NCBI GenBank assembly: GCA_048128005.1
Contig: JBEUKZ010000008.1
Coordinates: 1-64,000 of the forward strand
From: Veleropilina oligotropha
Lineage: Eukaryota
Direction: 5' to 3'
Length of the DNA stretch: 64,000 bases
This document shows positions 27,310-38,045 of this stretch, in pieces. The notes under the pieces were generated by a model that was not told the DNA's origin, did not search any database, and worked only from the letters and a program-made list of their open reading frames with translations. Numbering within the stretch: the first letter of the stretch is position 1; each line of letters opens with the position of its first letter. Made by a program: the position numbers and the translations under genes.

Positions 27310-27492
27310 ACATTGCAATGGATATAAAAATGTATTCTTATACATAATCATCAATAATAAACAATGAATAGTCCTTAATAAGTAATAAACTTATGTCGTT
27401 TTTATTACTGTCACTCATAATATTAATAATATAAGAACAGACAGTTTGATACAAGTGATTAAACCGGGACAAAATTCCTAATAAAACATTAT

Positions 27493-27557
<65 letters not shown>

Positions 27558-28014
27558 GTAGGGCAAAATGCTTGATCCGAGTGAATATATTTCCAACAAT
27601 GCTCCCAAATCCGCCAATGGTCACATTAAAAATGAGATCACGTGACCAGCTTGACAATCCATTTGTAGGCTTCATTTAGAAAGTGTATTCTTCTACACAC
27701 ATAATTGGCTACTTGTAGCCCGATTGAAGCACACTGCCACGGTCGATAAACGACAACATGTATCACCTTGGTGCATTCGATTAGGTCCTTCTGAATACAC
27801 TTAGAAATGTACACTGTAAGGTGACGAGAGTTATCCCAAGTGATGTATCGCCATAACACAGCTGTTCGTTATAGTACTATACAAATTTAATAACATTAAG
27901 AGTATAATGAAATACAAATATAACAACTTACTTTGCAACTTGCTAACATGGACGCCATGCATGTGTTTACCAGCGAATACCATGTGATAGCTTTGTGCAT
28001 TCCAATATAGGATA

Positions 28015-28680
28015 TGTATGGAAGCATGAAAGCGCCAAAAATAAATATTTTCAACTGTGTGGTTGAAGCAGTTAGATTTTGTAGCAATGGCAATACAGCA
28101 CCAATGCCTTTGTTATAATAGTGCATTCGACTGATTTCGGCATGTATGGAAGCGTGGAAGGGCCAAAGAAAAAAATAGATTCAATGCAAATAACATAGAT
28201 TTTGTAGCATGGAAGCATAGCACCAATGCATTTGTTGTAATAGGGGCATTGTTCCTCATGTATGGAAGCATGGAAGTGCCAAAGAAAAAATATAGAAAGC
28301 AAATAACATAGATTTTGTAGCATGGAAGCATAGCACCAATGCATTTGTTGTAATAGGGGTATTGTTCCTCATGTATGGAAGCATGGACGTGCCAAAGAAA
28401 AAAATATAGAAAGCAACTAACATAGATTTTGTAGCATGGAAGCATAGCACCAATGCATTTGTTGTAATAGGGACATTGTTCCTCATGTATGGAAGCGTGG
28501 AAGTGCCAAAGAAAAAAATATAGAAAGCAACTAACATAGATTTTGTAGCATGGAAGCATAGCACCAATGCATTTGTTGTAATAGGGGCATTGTTCCTCAT
28601 GTATGGAAGCATGGAAGTGCATGTCTTTGTTGTAATAGGGGCATGGTGCATCATGTATGGAAGCGTGGAACTGCCAGAGG
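28015..28680. repeat. ~114-bp tandem array inside the Maverick
   Basis: Repeated ATGTATGGAAGCATGGAAGTGCCAAAG...AGCACCAATGCATTTGTTGTAATAGGG units. Confidence 0.85.
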
Positions 28681-28831
28681 AAAAAAAATCAACTTTATGT
28701 TAGAACCAGTAACAATTACCATACATATATGACTGTCATATAAATAAAACAACAATATTTCCAGTATGTTAGAAATAATGGAATAATCAAAACATACATG
28801 TTTAGAAACAATTTTATTTTTTGCTTTACAG

Positions 28832-29023
28832 ATGAGTCCCGAATGGCTAGCATTGATATGTGCCTTGACAGACTTAGAGGAATTGGTGAATTTTGCAACT
28901 TTAATGGGAGTGGCCGATGAGCCTGAGATCATTGAAAGAATTAATCAACTATCCCATAGCTCAACACCTCAACAAGACTGCGACGATAGCTCGCTCTTAG
29001 ACGAAATAACCTCATCCCCTCTG
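28832..29023 (+). CDS. Putative first coding exon of Maverick pPolB
   Basis: TTTACAG precedes the ATG; 64 codons end at CTG|GTAAGT; the exon splices in frame to the TTTTCAG acceptor at 29447. Confidence 0.65.
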
Positions 29024-29447
29024 GTAAGTGAATACTGTATTTATAAGATGCACATATTATGGTGTTGTTTAGATATGCTATTATAATATTCTTGTGTATC
29101 AGTGCTTATGCATGCCGCCATGGCATAGTGGTAGAGGGCTATAGCCTCCTATTGTAGAGGTTTCCGGTTAAATTCCCTGTCACAGCCATTTCCCTTGTGC
29201 AAGGAATACGCATATATGTGCCTTTTTGGTGCAGCAAATTTATTTGGGTACTTAATTGGCAGTGATAGAAATTTTCAAAATGTGTAAGCAGGATAATGCT
29301 GATATAGGGAGCTCTGGTGAGAAACAACTCATTAACATACCACCTTTACCTGTTATATTAATACAGCATGAGTAGTCTCCGAAACCAATCCGTAGATTTG
29401 GTAGCAACTGACAATATTTAATCCTTTTTTTTTGTTTTTTTTTTCAG

Positions 29448-32400
29448 CTGAGCCCCGATTGTCTCGAATACATCAATTTACATAATTTAATGGAAGTCAA
29501 CAACGAATCAGAAGGTTTAGACAACGTCAAATGGTCATCTGAGGGTCCCACACCAGCAAAACAACGGAAGCAAGTCTGCGAAGATGAACATCTGGTCGAT
29601 GAAATTTTATCATACCCCGAATTTAACAAAGCGTTTGACGACCTGATAGCAGAAGTCGAATGGTCATCTGAGGGTCCCACACCAGCAAAACAATGGAAGC
29701 AAGTCTGTGAAGATGAACATCTGGTCGATGAAATTTTATCATACCCCGAATTTAACAAAGCGTTTGACGACCAGATAGCAGAAAATCAATTATCTGATGA
29801 TTTTCCCACCAGTCAAGATATAGTAGAAAGTTTCACTAACATTGATAAATTAATTGCATATGGCAGATGTATGGATACCTCTACAAAAGAAAAAGTTAAT
29901 GACCAAGTATTTAATATGATGTGCCCCAATTCGCCAGATATTCAATACGGTGCCGGAACAGACAAACCGTACAACATCGAGCAGGTCGGCATGCGAACCT
30001 TTATGAACAGCGCACGTGAAATCACATATAGGGTCAACTTAGAACCGGAATTCTGGCGAGATAAAAGACTAGTGGACATTCACGATGACTTGGATCTGAT
30101 GTTTGAAGACGTGTTAGCCGATGCGAAGAGTAGAACGAGTCATCAGGATGTCGGACGAGTCATTATTAACCACGCATCGTTAAATGACGCTATTCATATT
30201 CCGTTACAGCCTATTGATGACTTAACGGCTGCCACTGTGCTTTTCGGCATCGAGAGAGTGCTACAAAGCTTCGAGTCTCTGAGTGTGGATGCAGGATTTG
30301 AAGTTAATATCGGGATCATTCATCGACCCACGGGCACAGAGGGCACCTATCACATCACCAACATTGAAGAGGCCGTTCACCTAAAAAAGTCCATTGTCCA
30401 GATCGTGAATGAAGACACATTATGCTTGCCACGGGCCATCGCTGTGAGCTGGGCAGCCACGAATAAAGTACCCGACCATGAATTTAATGAACTGGTGAAG
30501 GAACTGCCTGACTTGACAACTATCGAGCAAATAATGAAAGTTGGAAAAGTCCCTAGCAGTTATTTTCGATCATTACAGAGACCAAAAGGCCAAGTACAGA
30601 AACGATTCGCTTTATCTCTGTGCAGTTTAGCCGGTGTTCCCACCGATCAACCATTAGGGTTACACCATATATCGGCATTTGAAGACATTTTAAAGGTTAA
30701 CATCAATGTCGTCAGTGCACGATTAGGAAATAAGTTTGTTCGAGTGGCTAACAACAGTACCAGAAATAACATTTTTCTGTATTATGTCCAAGCCGAGGAC
30801 TCTGGTCATTTTCATGCTATCACTAAAATTGCCGGTTTCTTTGGCAACAGTTATTTCTGTGAGACGTGCATGAAACCCTATAGCAATCGAGAGCAACATT
30901 CCTGTGCCGGTCACTGCATCGTCTGCAAGAAAGATCAATGTACGAAGAGTGAAGTTGAAATGTCATGCATTAAATGTCACATGACTTGCCGCTCCACAGC
31001 CTGTTTCGACCGCCACCAGAAAACGGAGAGATATTTGAAAGGCAAGAAGAAAGGTGAGATGATTAGACCATCCGAATGTGATGTTTGGTTTAAATGTAAG
31101 TTTTGTTTTGCGGTCATGAACAGAAATAAACGTAAGGTTGCTGATCATGTTTGTGGAGAGCATTTATGTAGAAATTGCGATAGCTATGTGACCGACGAAC
31201 ACCAATGTTACATTAAAGCCAGGAAATCACCTGGCAAAGATGATGACCTTGTTAAAAAATTCATATTTTTTGATTTTGAATGTCAACAGGATAAAATATT
31301 TCAATGTGCCTTAGGCTATGTACCAACAGATAAAGGCTGCTCAAATTGTAATGATTCACTTTGCGGTAAGCCAACGCATATTCCAAACTTTGTAGTGGCT
31401 CATTCCGCATGTTCCATTTGCATGAATGAAGAGTTCGAATCCGACTCAGAATGTAATACCTGTGGTTCACGTTGTGAAGCGTGTGGTGATGCACAGTATA
31501 AGAGCCCACCGTGTCACAACACGTGTGGGAAACGGGAAATCATTTTTAAGGGAGATAACACTGCCCATAAATTTGGTAAATGGTTATTTACTCATGGACA
31601 TAAGAATGCCAAAGTTATCGCCCACAACCTGAGAGGGTACGACGGTTACTTTCTCTTGGAATATTTAATAAATCAGTCCATGAGACCCGATAAAGTCATT
31701 TACAATGGTTCAAAGATCATGTACATGTCTGTCGGTAAAGGGTTGAATATTTGCTTAATCGACAGCTTAAATTTTCTGCCCATGAAATTATCGGCCCTAC
31801 CCATAGCTTTTGGGTTCACCGAGTTAAAGAAGGGGTATTTCCCTCATTACTTTAACACGCAAGAGAATCAGCGTTATGTGGGGGCGCTTCCAGAACCTAA
31901 ATTCTATGGCTGTGATAACATGTCTTCGAGTGACCGGTCTGACTTTTTAGCATGGTATGACCAAAATAAAGATGCAAAATTTGACTTTGCCCAAGAAATT
32001 TTAGAATATTGTCGCAGCGATGTCGATATTCTAAGACAGACTTGCTTAAAATTCCGCGACTTGATGACAAATGCGACTGGACATTGTGACGAAAATGAAC
32101 GCTTGGTGGGTGGGATCGACCCTTTTGATTACGTGACCATAGCTTCAACGTGCATGGGCATTTTTATGACCAAATTCTTAGAAGAGACCTGGCGCATAAA
32201 AGTGAATGACGAATGGCTGCCGGCCAAGAAATTGGACGGTTATTTTACGGCCTACATTGACAATGAATGGACGACCGATTTGTCCAAAGTCACAGAGAGA
32301 GAATTTGTTAAATCGGCATTCCCTCTGATCACAAATGACAACGTCAATGACCAATTCAGTAAAGTTTCGATTCAATGGCTAGAGTGGCTGTCCCATACTC

Positions 32401-34091
32401 GTGGGATAAACATTCAACATGCATTAAACGGGGGTGAGAAAAAGATTGCGGGCTCCCGATACAAAGCAGATGGATTTGCCAATAACACGGTGTATGAGTT
32501 CAATGGGTGTTTTTATCACAGTTGTCCCACATGTTATCCCAATGACCGAGACGTAAAACACGATCGCACTGACCGTAGTCATAATGAGCGGTATGCTTTG
32601 ACTTTGAAGAAAGAGATATTTATCAAACGGGCTGGCATGAAATATGTGTGCATTTGGGAACATGATTTTCGAAATCAGCTGAAAACTAATGCAGAATTGC
32701 AAGTATTTGTTCAATCTCTTGACTTGGTAGACAGACTCGAACCTCGTGACAGCTTTTTCGGGGGCCGGACCAATGCGACCAAACTACATTACAAAGTGAC
32801 TGACAATGAGAAAATCAAATACGTCGATTTCACTTCTCTATACCCGTACATGAACAAATATGCTAAATATCCCGTTGGACATCCCGAAATTATCAACGAA
32901 AAGTTTAAAGACATTGACCAGTATTTCGGTATTGCCAAAGTTAAAGTTTTACCGCCCAGAGCATTGTATCATCCCGTGCTCCCGTATAAATCAAATGGCA
33001 AATTGAAATTTCCTTTGTGTCGAACCTGTGCAGACAGTGAACAGCAGTCACCTTGCTTGTGTTCCGATGAGGAACGTTCTATTATGGGGACGTGGTGCAC
33101 CCCTGAACTGACAACAGCGGTCAGCAAAGGGTATACAATCGTTAACATTTACGAAGTCTACCAGTGGCCAGAAACCACTATTTACGATCCTAAAACGGGC
33201 AAAGGTGGCTTGTTTTCGGGTTACATCAATCTATTTTTAAAGTTTAAGCAAGAAGCCAGTGGATTGCCAGCCTGGGTTAACTCCCCTGATGACGTTAAGC
33301 AATACATTGAAAATTATTCCAATAACGAGCGGATTGACCTGGACGAGTCCAATATTGAGAAAAATCCAGGGTTGAGAGCATTATCTAAACTTTGTTTGAA
33401 TAGCTTCTGGGGTAAATTTGGGCAGCGTCTCAATTTTAAACAGACAGAAATCATTCACGAATCCGAGGTTGAGAAATTCTTTCAGATATTGTCAGATCCA
33501 AGCAAAGAAGTTCAAAATTTTCACATTATCGAGCCCGACTTTATACAATTAGAATACGTTCATCGGAAAACGAGTGTGCCAGACAATAACAAGGCTAATA
33601 TTTACATCGCCTCGTTCACCACATGCTGGGCTCGGCTCAAATTGTACGATGTGTTAGACCAATTAAAACGGAGGGTGCTCTATTATGACACCGATTCTGT
33701 TATATTCGTGACTGGACCAGGTCAGGTCGATATGCCCTTGGGGGATTATTTAGGACAGCTGACCAACGAACTCGACAATGATGATTACATCATAGAATTT
33801 ATCTCTGGAGGGCCTAAAAACTATGCCTATCGCACGAACGCGGGCAAGGAGACTTGTAAAGTTCGAGGTTTTACTCTAAATTACATCAATAGTAAGTTGG
33901 TCAATTTTGAGGCCATCAAAGAGATGGTCACAAATGCTCACGGTTCGATCACGTTGACCAATCCGAGTAAAATTTGCCGCAACAAGTTGAAACGCAAGCT
34001 TTATAACCGTATAGAGAAAAAGAAATATCGAATTGTATACACAAAACGCAGACTTTTACCAAATCTTGACACCCTGCCCTATGGTTATTAA
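29448..34091 (+). CDS. Protein-primed family B DNA polymerase (pPolB) of the Maverick; main exon (ORF-track ATG at 29490)
   Basis: Exonuclease motifs FFDFEC, AHNLRGYDG and YCRSDV; polymerase motifs DFTSLYP, KLCLNSFWGKFGQ and YYDTDS; Cys-rich fingers; VSR-like insert (DG..VYEFNGCFYH..IWEHDF). Confidence 0.97.
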   Translation: MSPDCLEYINLHNLMEVNNESEGLDNVKWSSEGPTPAKQRKQVCEDEHLVDEILSYPEFNKAFDDLIAEVEWSSEGPTPAKQWKQVCEDEHLVDEILSYPEFNKAFDDQIAENQLSDDFPTSQDIVESFTNIDKLIAYGRCMDTSTKEKVNDQVFNMMCPNSPDIQYGAGTDKPYNIEQVGMRTFMNSAREITYRVNLEPEFWRDKRLVDIHDDLDLMFEDVLADAKSRTSHQDVGRVIINHASLNDAIHIPLQPIDDLTAATVLFGIERVLQSFESLSVDAGFEVNIGIIHRPTGTEGTYHITNIEEAVHLKKSIVQIVNEDTLCLPRAIAVSWAATNKVPDHEFNELVKELPDLTTIEQIMKVGKVPSSYFRSLQRPKGQVQKRFALSLCSLAGVPTDQPLGLHHISAFEDILKVNINVVSARLGNKFVRVANNSTRNNIFLYYVQAEDSGHFHAITKIAGFFGNSYFCETCMKPYSNREQHSCAGHCIVCKKDQCTKSEVEMSCIKCHMTCRSTACFDRHQKTERYLKGKKKGEMIRPSECDVWFKCKFCFAVMNRNKRKVADHVCGEHLCRNCDSYVTDEHQCYIKARKSPGKDDDLVKKFIFFDFECQQDKIFQCALGYVPTDKGCSNCNDSLCGKPTHIPNFVVAHSACSICMNEEFESDSECNTCGSRCEACGDAQYKSPPCHNTCGKREIIFKGDNTAHKFGKWLFTHGHKNAKVIAHNLRGYDGYFLLEYLINQSMRPDKVIYNGSKIMYMSVGKGLNICLIDSLNFLPMKLSALPIAFGFTELKKGYFPHYFNTQENQRYVGALPEPKFYGCDNMSSSDRSDFLAWYDQNKDAKFDFAQEILEYCRSDVDILRQTCLKFRDLMTNATGHCDENERLVGGIDPFDYVTIASTCMGIFMTKFLEETWRIKVNDEWLPAKKLDGYFTAYIDNEWTTDLSKVTEREFVKSAFPLITNDNVNDQFSKVSIQWLEWLSHTRGINIQHALNGGEKKIAGSRYKADGFANNTVYEFNGCFYHSCPTCYPNDRDVKHDRTDRSHNERYALTLKKEIFIKRAGMKYVCIWEHDFRNQLKTNAELQVFVQSLDLVDRLEPRDSFFGGRTNATKLHYKVTDNEKIKYVDFTSLYPYMNKYAKYPVGHPEIINEKFKDIDQYFGIAKVKVLPPRALYHPVLPYKSNGKLKFPLCRTCADSEQQSPCLCSDEERSIMGTWCTPELTTAVSKGYTIVNIYEVYQWPETTIYDPKTGKGGLFSGYINLFLKFKQEASGLPAWVNSPDDVKQYIENYSNNERIDLDESNIEKNPGLRALSKLCLNSFWGKFGQRLNFKQTEIIHESEVEKFFQILSDPSKEVQNFHIIEPDFIQLEYVHRKTSVPDNNKANIYIASFTTCWARLKLYDVLDQLKRRVLYYDTDSVIFVTGPGQVDMPLGDYLGQLTNELDNDDYIIEFISGGPKNYAYRTNAGKETCKVRGFTLNYINSKLVNFEAIKEMVTNAHGSITLTNPSKICRNKLKRKLYNRIEKKKYRIVYTKRRLLPNLDTLPYGY

Positions 34092-34559
34092 GGATGCACT
34101 ATTTTGGTAAATAGATAACTGTATATAAATATTGTGTATAGTATGCTTTATATATCAAAATCTTGTGAAATATATTTGTGTCCAAGAAAATAAAATGTAC
34201 AAATGTTATGTGTCTGACAATTTGTGTACAGAATAATTTTGTTTCAATGTATTTTCAATAGGATTATTTTTGTTTATGACAAAAATCTTGTCAACTAGTT
34301 TCATGTCTGGGGGAAATCTTGTCAACTATTTTGATGTCTGGGCAAAATCTTGTCAACTAGTTTCATGTCTGAGCAAAATCATGTATAATATGTATGGGGG
34401 GCATTTTTTAAATTATATGCTTCGCATAATGATACAATATTTACACAAGTCGGAGAGAACATGGATGTATGTATAATGGTATAATCAAATCGTATACATG
34501 TATATGGTTATAACATGACTCAATAAAATGTATGTTATGTTTGTATTCAGAGTTATGCA

Positions 34560-34829
34560 TTAATAGGGTAGCCATTTGAATGTTTCTTGTCTTTTCCCGG
34601 GGGGTCCTGTGATCAGCTTTCCAGGTACACCGCCATTGCCACTTTGAACAATTCCTTTGATCAATTTAATGATGTCTTCTGTATTATCAGTTGGATTGTC
34701 CGATGTCCCAGTCGCCGCATTCCTCAATGTTTGATTCCCCGATGTAGGGTTTGAAATGATGTTTGACGCATTATGGCGTATTAACGATTCATATTTCTCT
34801 TTAGGCACTAAGATTAATTCCTTAGCCAT
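34560..34829 (-). CDS. Small Maverick protein (89 aa), function unknown
   Basis: Overlaps the upstream ORF in the co-directional virion gene block; contains QSGNG. Confidence 0.6.
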   Translation of the reverse strand: MAKELILVPKEKYESLIRHNASNIISNPTSGNQTLRNAATGTSDNPTDNTEDIIKLIKGIVQSGNGGVPGKLITGPPGKRQETFKWLPY

Positions 34830-35169
34830 CGAGCAATGGTATGATGTGTTTTAACAATAATCGTATCACCGAAGTATGCTTCAATAACGCCTCTTTCTTC
34901 TTTTGTATACTTTCACCTCGAGTGGATAACAGTAAGATGATATTTTTATAACGTCGCAACTTATTTATATCAGATCGACTCAACTTAACGTTACCTTTCA
35001 GAATATTTAAAGCCACTTGCGACAATGCGTGTAGCTGACCTGTAGATATGTATTCGATTAACGCTTTTCGTTGCCGTGGTTTACAGTCATATAATATCTT
35101 TAGGAATGCAGAATGTCTTGCGATCGTGTCCGTCATCGCGTCAAGAATGCGATGTAATGTCTCAGCCAC
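34822..35169 (-). CDS. Small basic Maverick protein (115 aa)
   Basis: ALNILKGNVKLS..KLRRYK pattern, which I recall from conserved small ORFs of Mavericks/adintoviruses; it sits next to the ATPase. Confidence 0.7.
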   Translation of the reverse strand: MAETLHRILDAMTDTIARHSAFLKILYDCKPRQRKALIEYISTGQLHALSQVALNILKGNVKLSRSDINKLRRYKNIILLLSTRGESIQKKKEALLKHTSVIRLLLKHIIPLLDG

Positions 35170-35175
35170 ATCAAT

Positions 35176-35808
35176 TTATATGGGTTGATAAACAATGCAA
35201 TCTTCACCGGGGAAAATATGGGTGCATAATTGATACGCCTTGTCCGTATGAGGCGACAGGTCTATGAGGAGGTAGCCATATTTGGAAGAAGTTGCCTTAT
35301 CGTATGCTGCTTTGAAAAAAGTGGTTTGGCCTGGTAAAATTTGTGAGCCTAATGTGAGGATTTGTCTATTATCTCGGTAATTGCGAAACACAATGATATA
35401 GGTGCAATTCAAGGATATGCTTCGAGCATATTTGCCTGGCGGATACAGGTTCTGAGTCAGAAAAATGCACGTGATATTACGATGATGTGACGTCACGGTG
35501 AACAATTGCACGCAATCTTCTGATTGCACAATTTTCAACATTAAGTCATCTAATACCAATATCATGTGACCATGGTCTTCAGAATATTGCTCAATGTCAT
35601 CTTTGGTGGGTAAACCATGATGAAATATGACGTCTTTCATTTCACCAAACAAGGGTTGGTATTCTGAATAGGCATATACTATCTTGGTGGGTGGTGTAGC
35701 AAACATGTCGTGTTCGAGCAACCGTTTTGTCATGAAAGATTTGCCGGATCCCGTGCAACCAGAAATGAGAATTGTGGCTGGTGACGTAAATTTCAATAGA
35801 CACGACAT
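35176..35808 (-). CDS. A32/FtsK-like DNA packaging ATPase
   Basis: Walker A GCTGSGKS, Walker B LVLDD, SHHRN, TQN, ARSISLN, YGYLLID. Confidence 0.93.
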   Translation of the reverse strand: MSCLLKFTSPATILISGCTGSGKSFMTKRLLEHDMFATPPTKIVYAYSEYQPLFGEMKDVIFHHGLPTKDDIEQYSEDHGHMILVLDDLMLKIVQSEDCVQLFTVTSHHRNITCIFLTQNLYPPGKYARSISLNCTYIIVFRNYRDNRQILTLGSQILPGQTTFFKAAYDKATSSKYGYLLIDLSPHTDKAYQLCTHIFPGEDCIVYQPI

Positions 35809-35890
35809 CTTTGATGGATCATCTACAAATGACTATAGGTTTGCATGCATTCGCTTTTGAACAACAAAGTGGGGTTTTACATTTTTTTTA

Positions 35891-36346
35891 TTACACAAAT
35901 ACAGAATGAGTAAATGCTAGTACAATTTCATCATTTTGCACAAAATCTAGAGTAAAATCACTACACAAGTCATCTAAGGATACATGAAAACACATTCGCA
36001 TTACGATAAAATACAATACGTATAAACCACAATAACTAGAATTATGTGCTTGAATACGATTTCTTATCCAAGAATAACGTCTCGCATTTCTTATAATGAA
36101 CGATTTCAGTCCATAATGTTCCGGTGGTTCCCCTAAACTGTCCATGAATTCGGCATGCCACTCGTTTAAGAAAAGGATGGCTACCCAATGTTTCCCTGGT
36201 CCTGGTAAGGGATCCGTATTGACGATGTAAGCACTAGGATATTCCATGACGTGTAAGGGTAATGTATTAATGGCAAATACACCACGGGTCACATCGTTCA
36301 AACATGGGTCGCTCCTGATGATATGCATTAATTGATGATTGTTCAT
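35891..36346 (-). CDS. Adenain-like cysteine protease
   Basis: IVNTD..GKHWVA, FMDSLG and IQ....YCGLY give the H-D-Q-C catalytic order. Confidence 0.92.
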   Translation of the reverse strand: MNNHQLMHIIRSDPCLNDVTRGVFAINTLPLHVMEYPSAYIVNTDPLPGPGKHWVAILFLNEWHAEFMDSLGEPPEHYGLKSFIIRNARRYSWIRNRIQAHNSSYCGLYVLYFIVMRMCFHVSLDDLCSDFTLDFVQNDEIVLAFTHSVFV

Positions 36347-37656
36347 GGCTGAATGTACGTCACGTTGCGAACTTTATCGATTTCCAGGAGAGCGGGAAAT
36401 GTAGCCACTGCCACACAACTGATGGATTCTGTTGTTGCAGTTTTGAACCTCACAGATAATCTGGTATTCCCATGTCTGATCAAGTTAATATACTTGTCTC
36501 CCAGATCGCACGGATCCAATGTGAAAACGAAGAAGGTATATCCATCGTTATAGTCTAATCTTCCAATGTTGAGACCGGCATCTTTATTCCACTTATCACA
36601 CGTGTCAAATAAATGAGTATAAGCTGTTGAATTTCCTCCGTTTATGCTAAAGTCAAATTTTAGCGGTGTACCCGGTAGACTTTCACCATTTACATATAGT
36701 CCTACTTCCTGAACGTTAAAGTGTTGAAAATTAAATGGGTTCTTAGTGTAAGATCCGTTGACCGCTGATTGGCTGATCAGTCCGACGATCAATTTAGAGG
36801 GTCTTGCACTTGGGTAGATATTATCCCAGAAAAAATCGCTGGAGCCTTTAGCAATGGTGTTCATCTTCACCTCTGTTTTATCCATGGAATATTTAACTGT
36901 GTTGACATCGAATTGTTTCATGTGACTCAACACGATTCCAGGATCCACGCGAACCTTGGCTACTTTGTAAACCACGTCCAATAACTCGAGCTTGTAAGCT
37001 GGCGAATCTTCACTCGACATCAATAACAATGGAGCACGGGATCTGAATAGCTTTAAATGTATATCCACACCATTTACCAAATATTTATCGATTGAAAAAA
37101 TATCTTCCAATAACGGACCTTCCATTTCAAATATCTGGCTTTCTTTTGTGTAATAATAACACTCTCTGAGTCCGAGGTTGGTGCCTGATGCGGGATGTGA
37201 GCTGTCCATAGGAGGGCTGTCCTTAAAGAACAATTGACTTTGCAATTGTGATTCCTGTTGATCCTTTCCACTAGACAGTATGGTTTTAATGTAAGCTTTC
37301 CATGGATAATTATTCGTATTCAAAGTAACTAATTTATTATTCATATATACATCGATCTGCGACCACATGGACTGCAAGGGTAAATTTATAATTCCTGCAA
37401 TTTCATCCTTTATAGGCGGCTTGCCATCTGCTTTTACAATCCTTGCCTTGACATACAAACGACTGCGTTTCAAATCCAGATATTCGGGGCCCTGACCAGA
37501 AATAGTAAATTCCACTACATCACCATGAATGTTGGAAATAGGTCGAGCTTCTGCGTAATAAATTTTCTCAATGGCTACTTGATTGTTATATCCTTTAAAC
37601 AAATCTAATTCCGTAGGCACTGAAATGTGCTGGTTGTCATCGCTGAGAAATGCCAT
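36343..37656 (-). CDS. Major capsid protein (double jelly roll)
   Basis: 437 aa; ELDLF, YLDL, NNYPWKAYI, NGVDI, GSYTKNPFNFQHF motifs; located between the core protein and the protease. Confidence 0.9.
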   Translation of the reverse strand: MAFLSDDNQHISVPTELDLFKGYNNQVAIEKIYYAEARPISNIHGDVVEFTISGQGPEYLDLKRSRLYVKARIVKADGKPPIKDEIAGIINLPLQSMWSQIDVYMNNKLVTLNTNNYPWKAYIKTILSSGKDQQESQLQSQLFFKDSPPMDSSHPASGTNLGLRECYYYTKESQIFEMEGPLLEDIFSIDKYLVNGVDIHLKLFRSRAPLLLMSSEDSPAYKLELLDVVYKVAKVRVDPGIVLSHMKQFDVNTVKYSMDKTEVKMNTIAKGSSDFFWDNIYPSARPSKLIVGLISQSAVNGSYTKNPFNFQHFNVQEVGLYVNGESLPGTPLKFDFSINGGNSTAYTHLFDTCDKWNKDAGLNIGRLDYNDGYTFFVFTLDPCDLGDKYINLIRHGNTRLSVRFKTATTESISCVAVATFPALLEIDKVRNVTYIQP

Positions 37657-38045
37657 TATGCGAATGCAGTGTTTTTGAATCGATCCTTAGTTGCTTTCTT
37701 ACGTGGGCGTTTTACTATGCTTTTCTTCGATTTTGGTGTCTTCTTGGGTGACGAGATGCGCTTCTTGGTTGTCTTTGACCGACTGTCGCTTTTCCTTTTT
37801 CCAGACACTTTTATGTAGGGTAGCCCCTCTTTCTTTTCGGATTTTAATTGGACTCTCGCCCTTTCCTCTACTGCAGTCACTGGTGAAATCATGGGGATTC
37901 TTATCATGGATGGTGTTCTATACTGACTGGCCATACCTCGACCCCACTGTCTTGTAGACTTTTCGGGCTTTAATTTACCAGATCTTATGTCTTTGAATGC
38001 TTGATCCCACACCTTAGGATCGCTGACATAAATTGAACCAGACAT
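37656..38045 (-). CDS. Lys/Arg-rich putative core (DNA-binding) protein
   Basis: Highly basic C-terminus and a QWGRG motif; its start and stop overlap neighbouring genes via TAATG. Confidence 0.65.
   Translation of the reverse strand: MSGSIYVSDPKVWDQAFKDIRSGKLKPEKSTRQWGRGMASQYRTPSMIRIPMISPVTAVEERARVQLKSEKKEGLPYIKVSGKRKSDSRSKTTKKRISSPKKTPKSKKSIVKRPRKKATKDRFKNTAFA

Noticed and set aside
28072..28654. Repetitive Cys/Tyr-rich ORFs, or a CRISPR-like array
   Set aside because: Head-to-tail ~114-bp tandem repeats without unique spacers; no cas genes; eukaryotic context.
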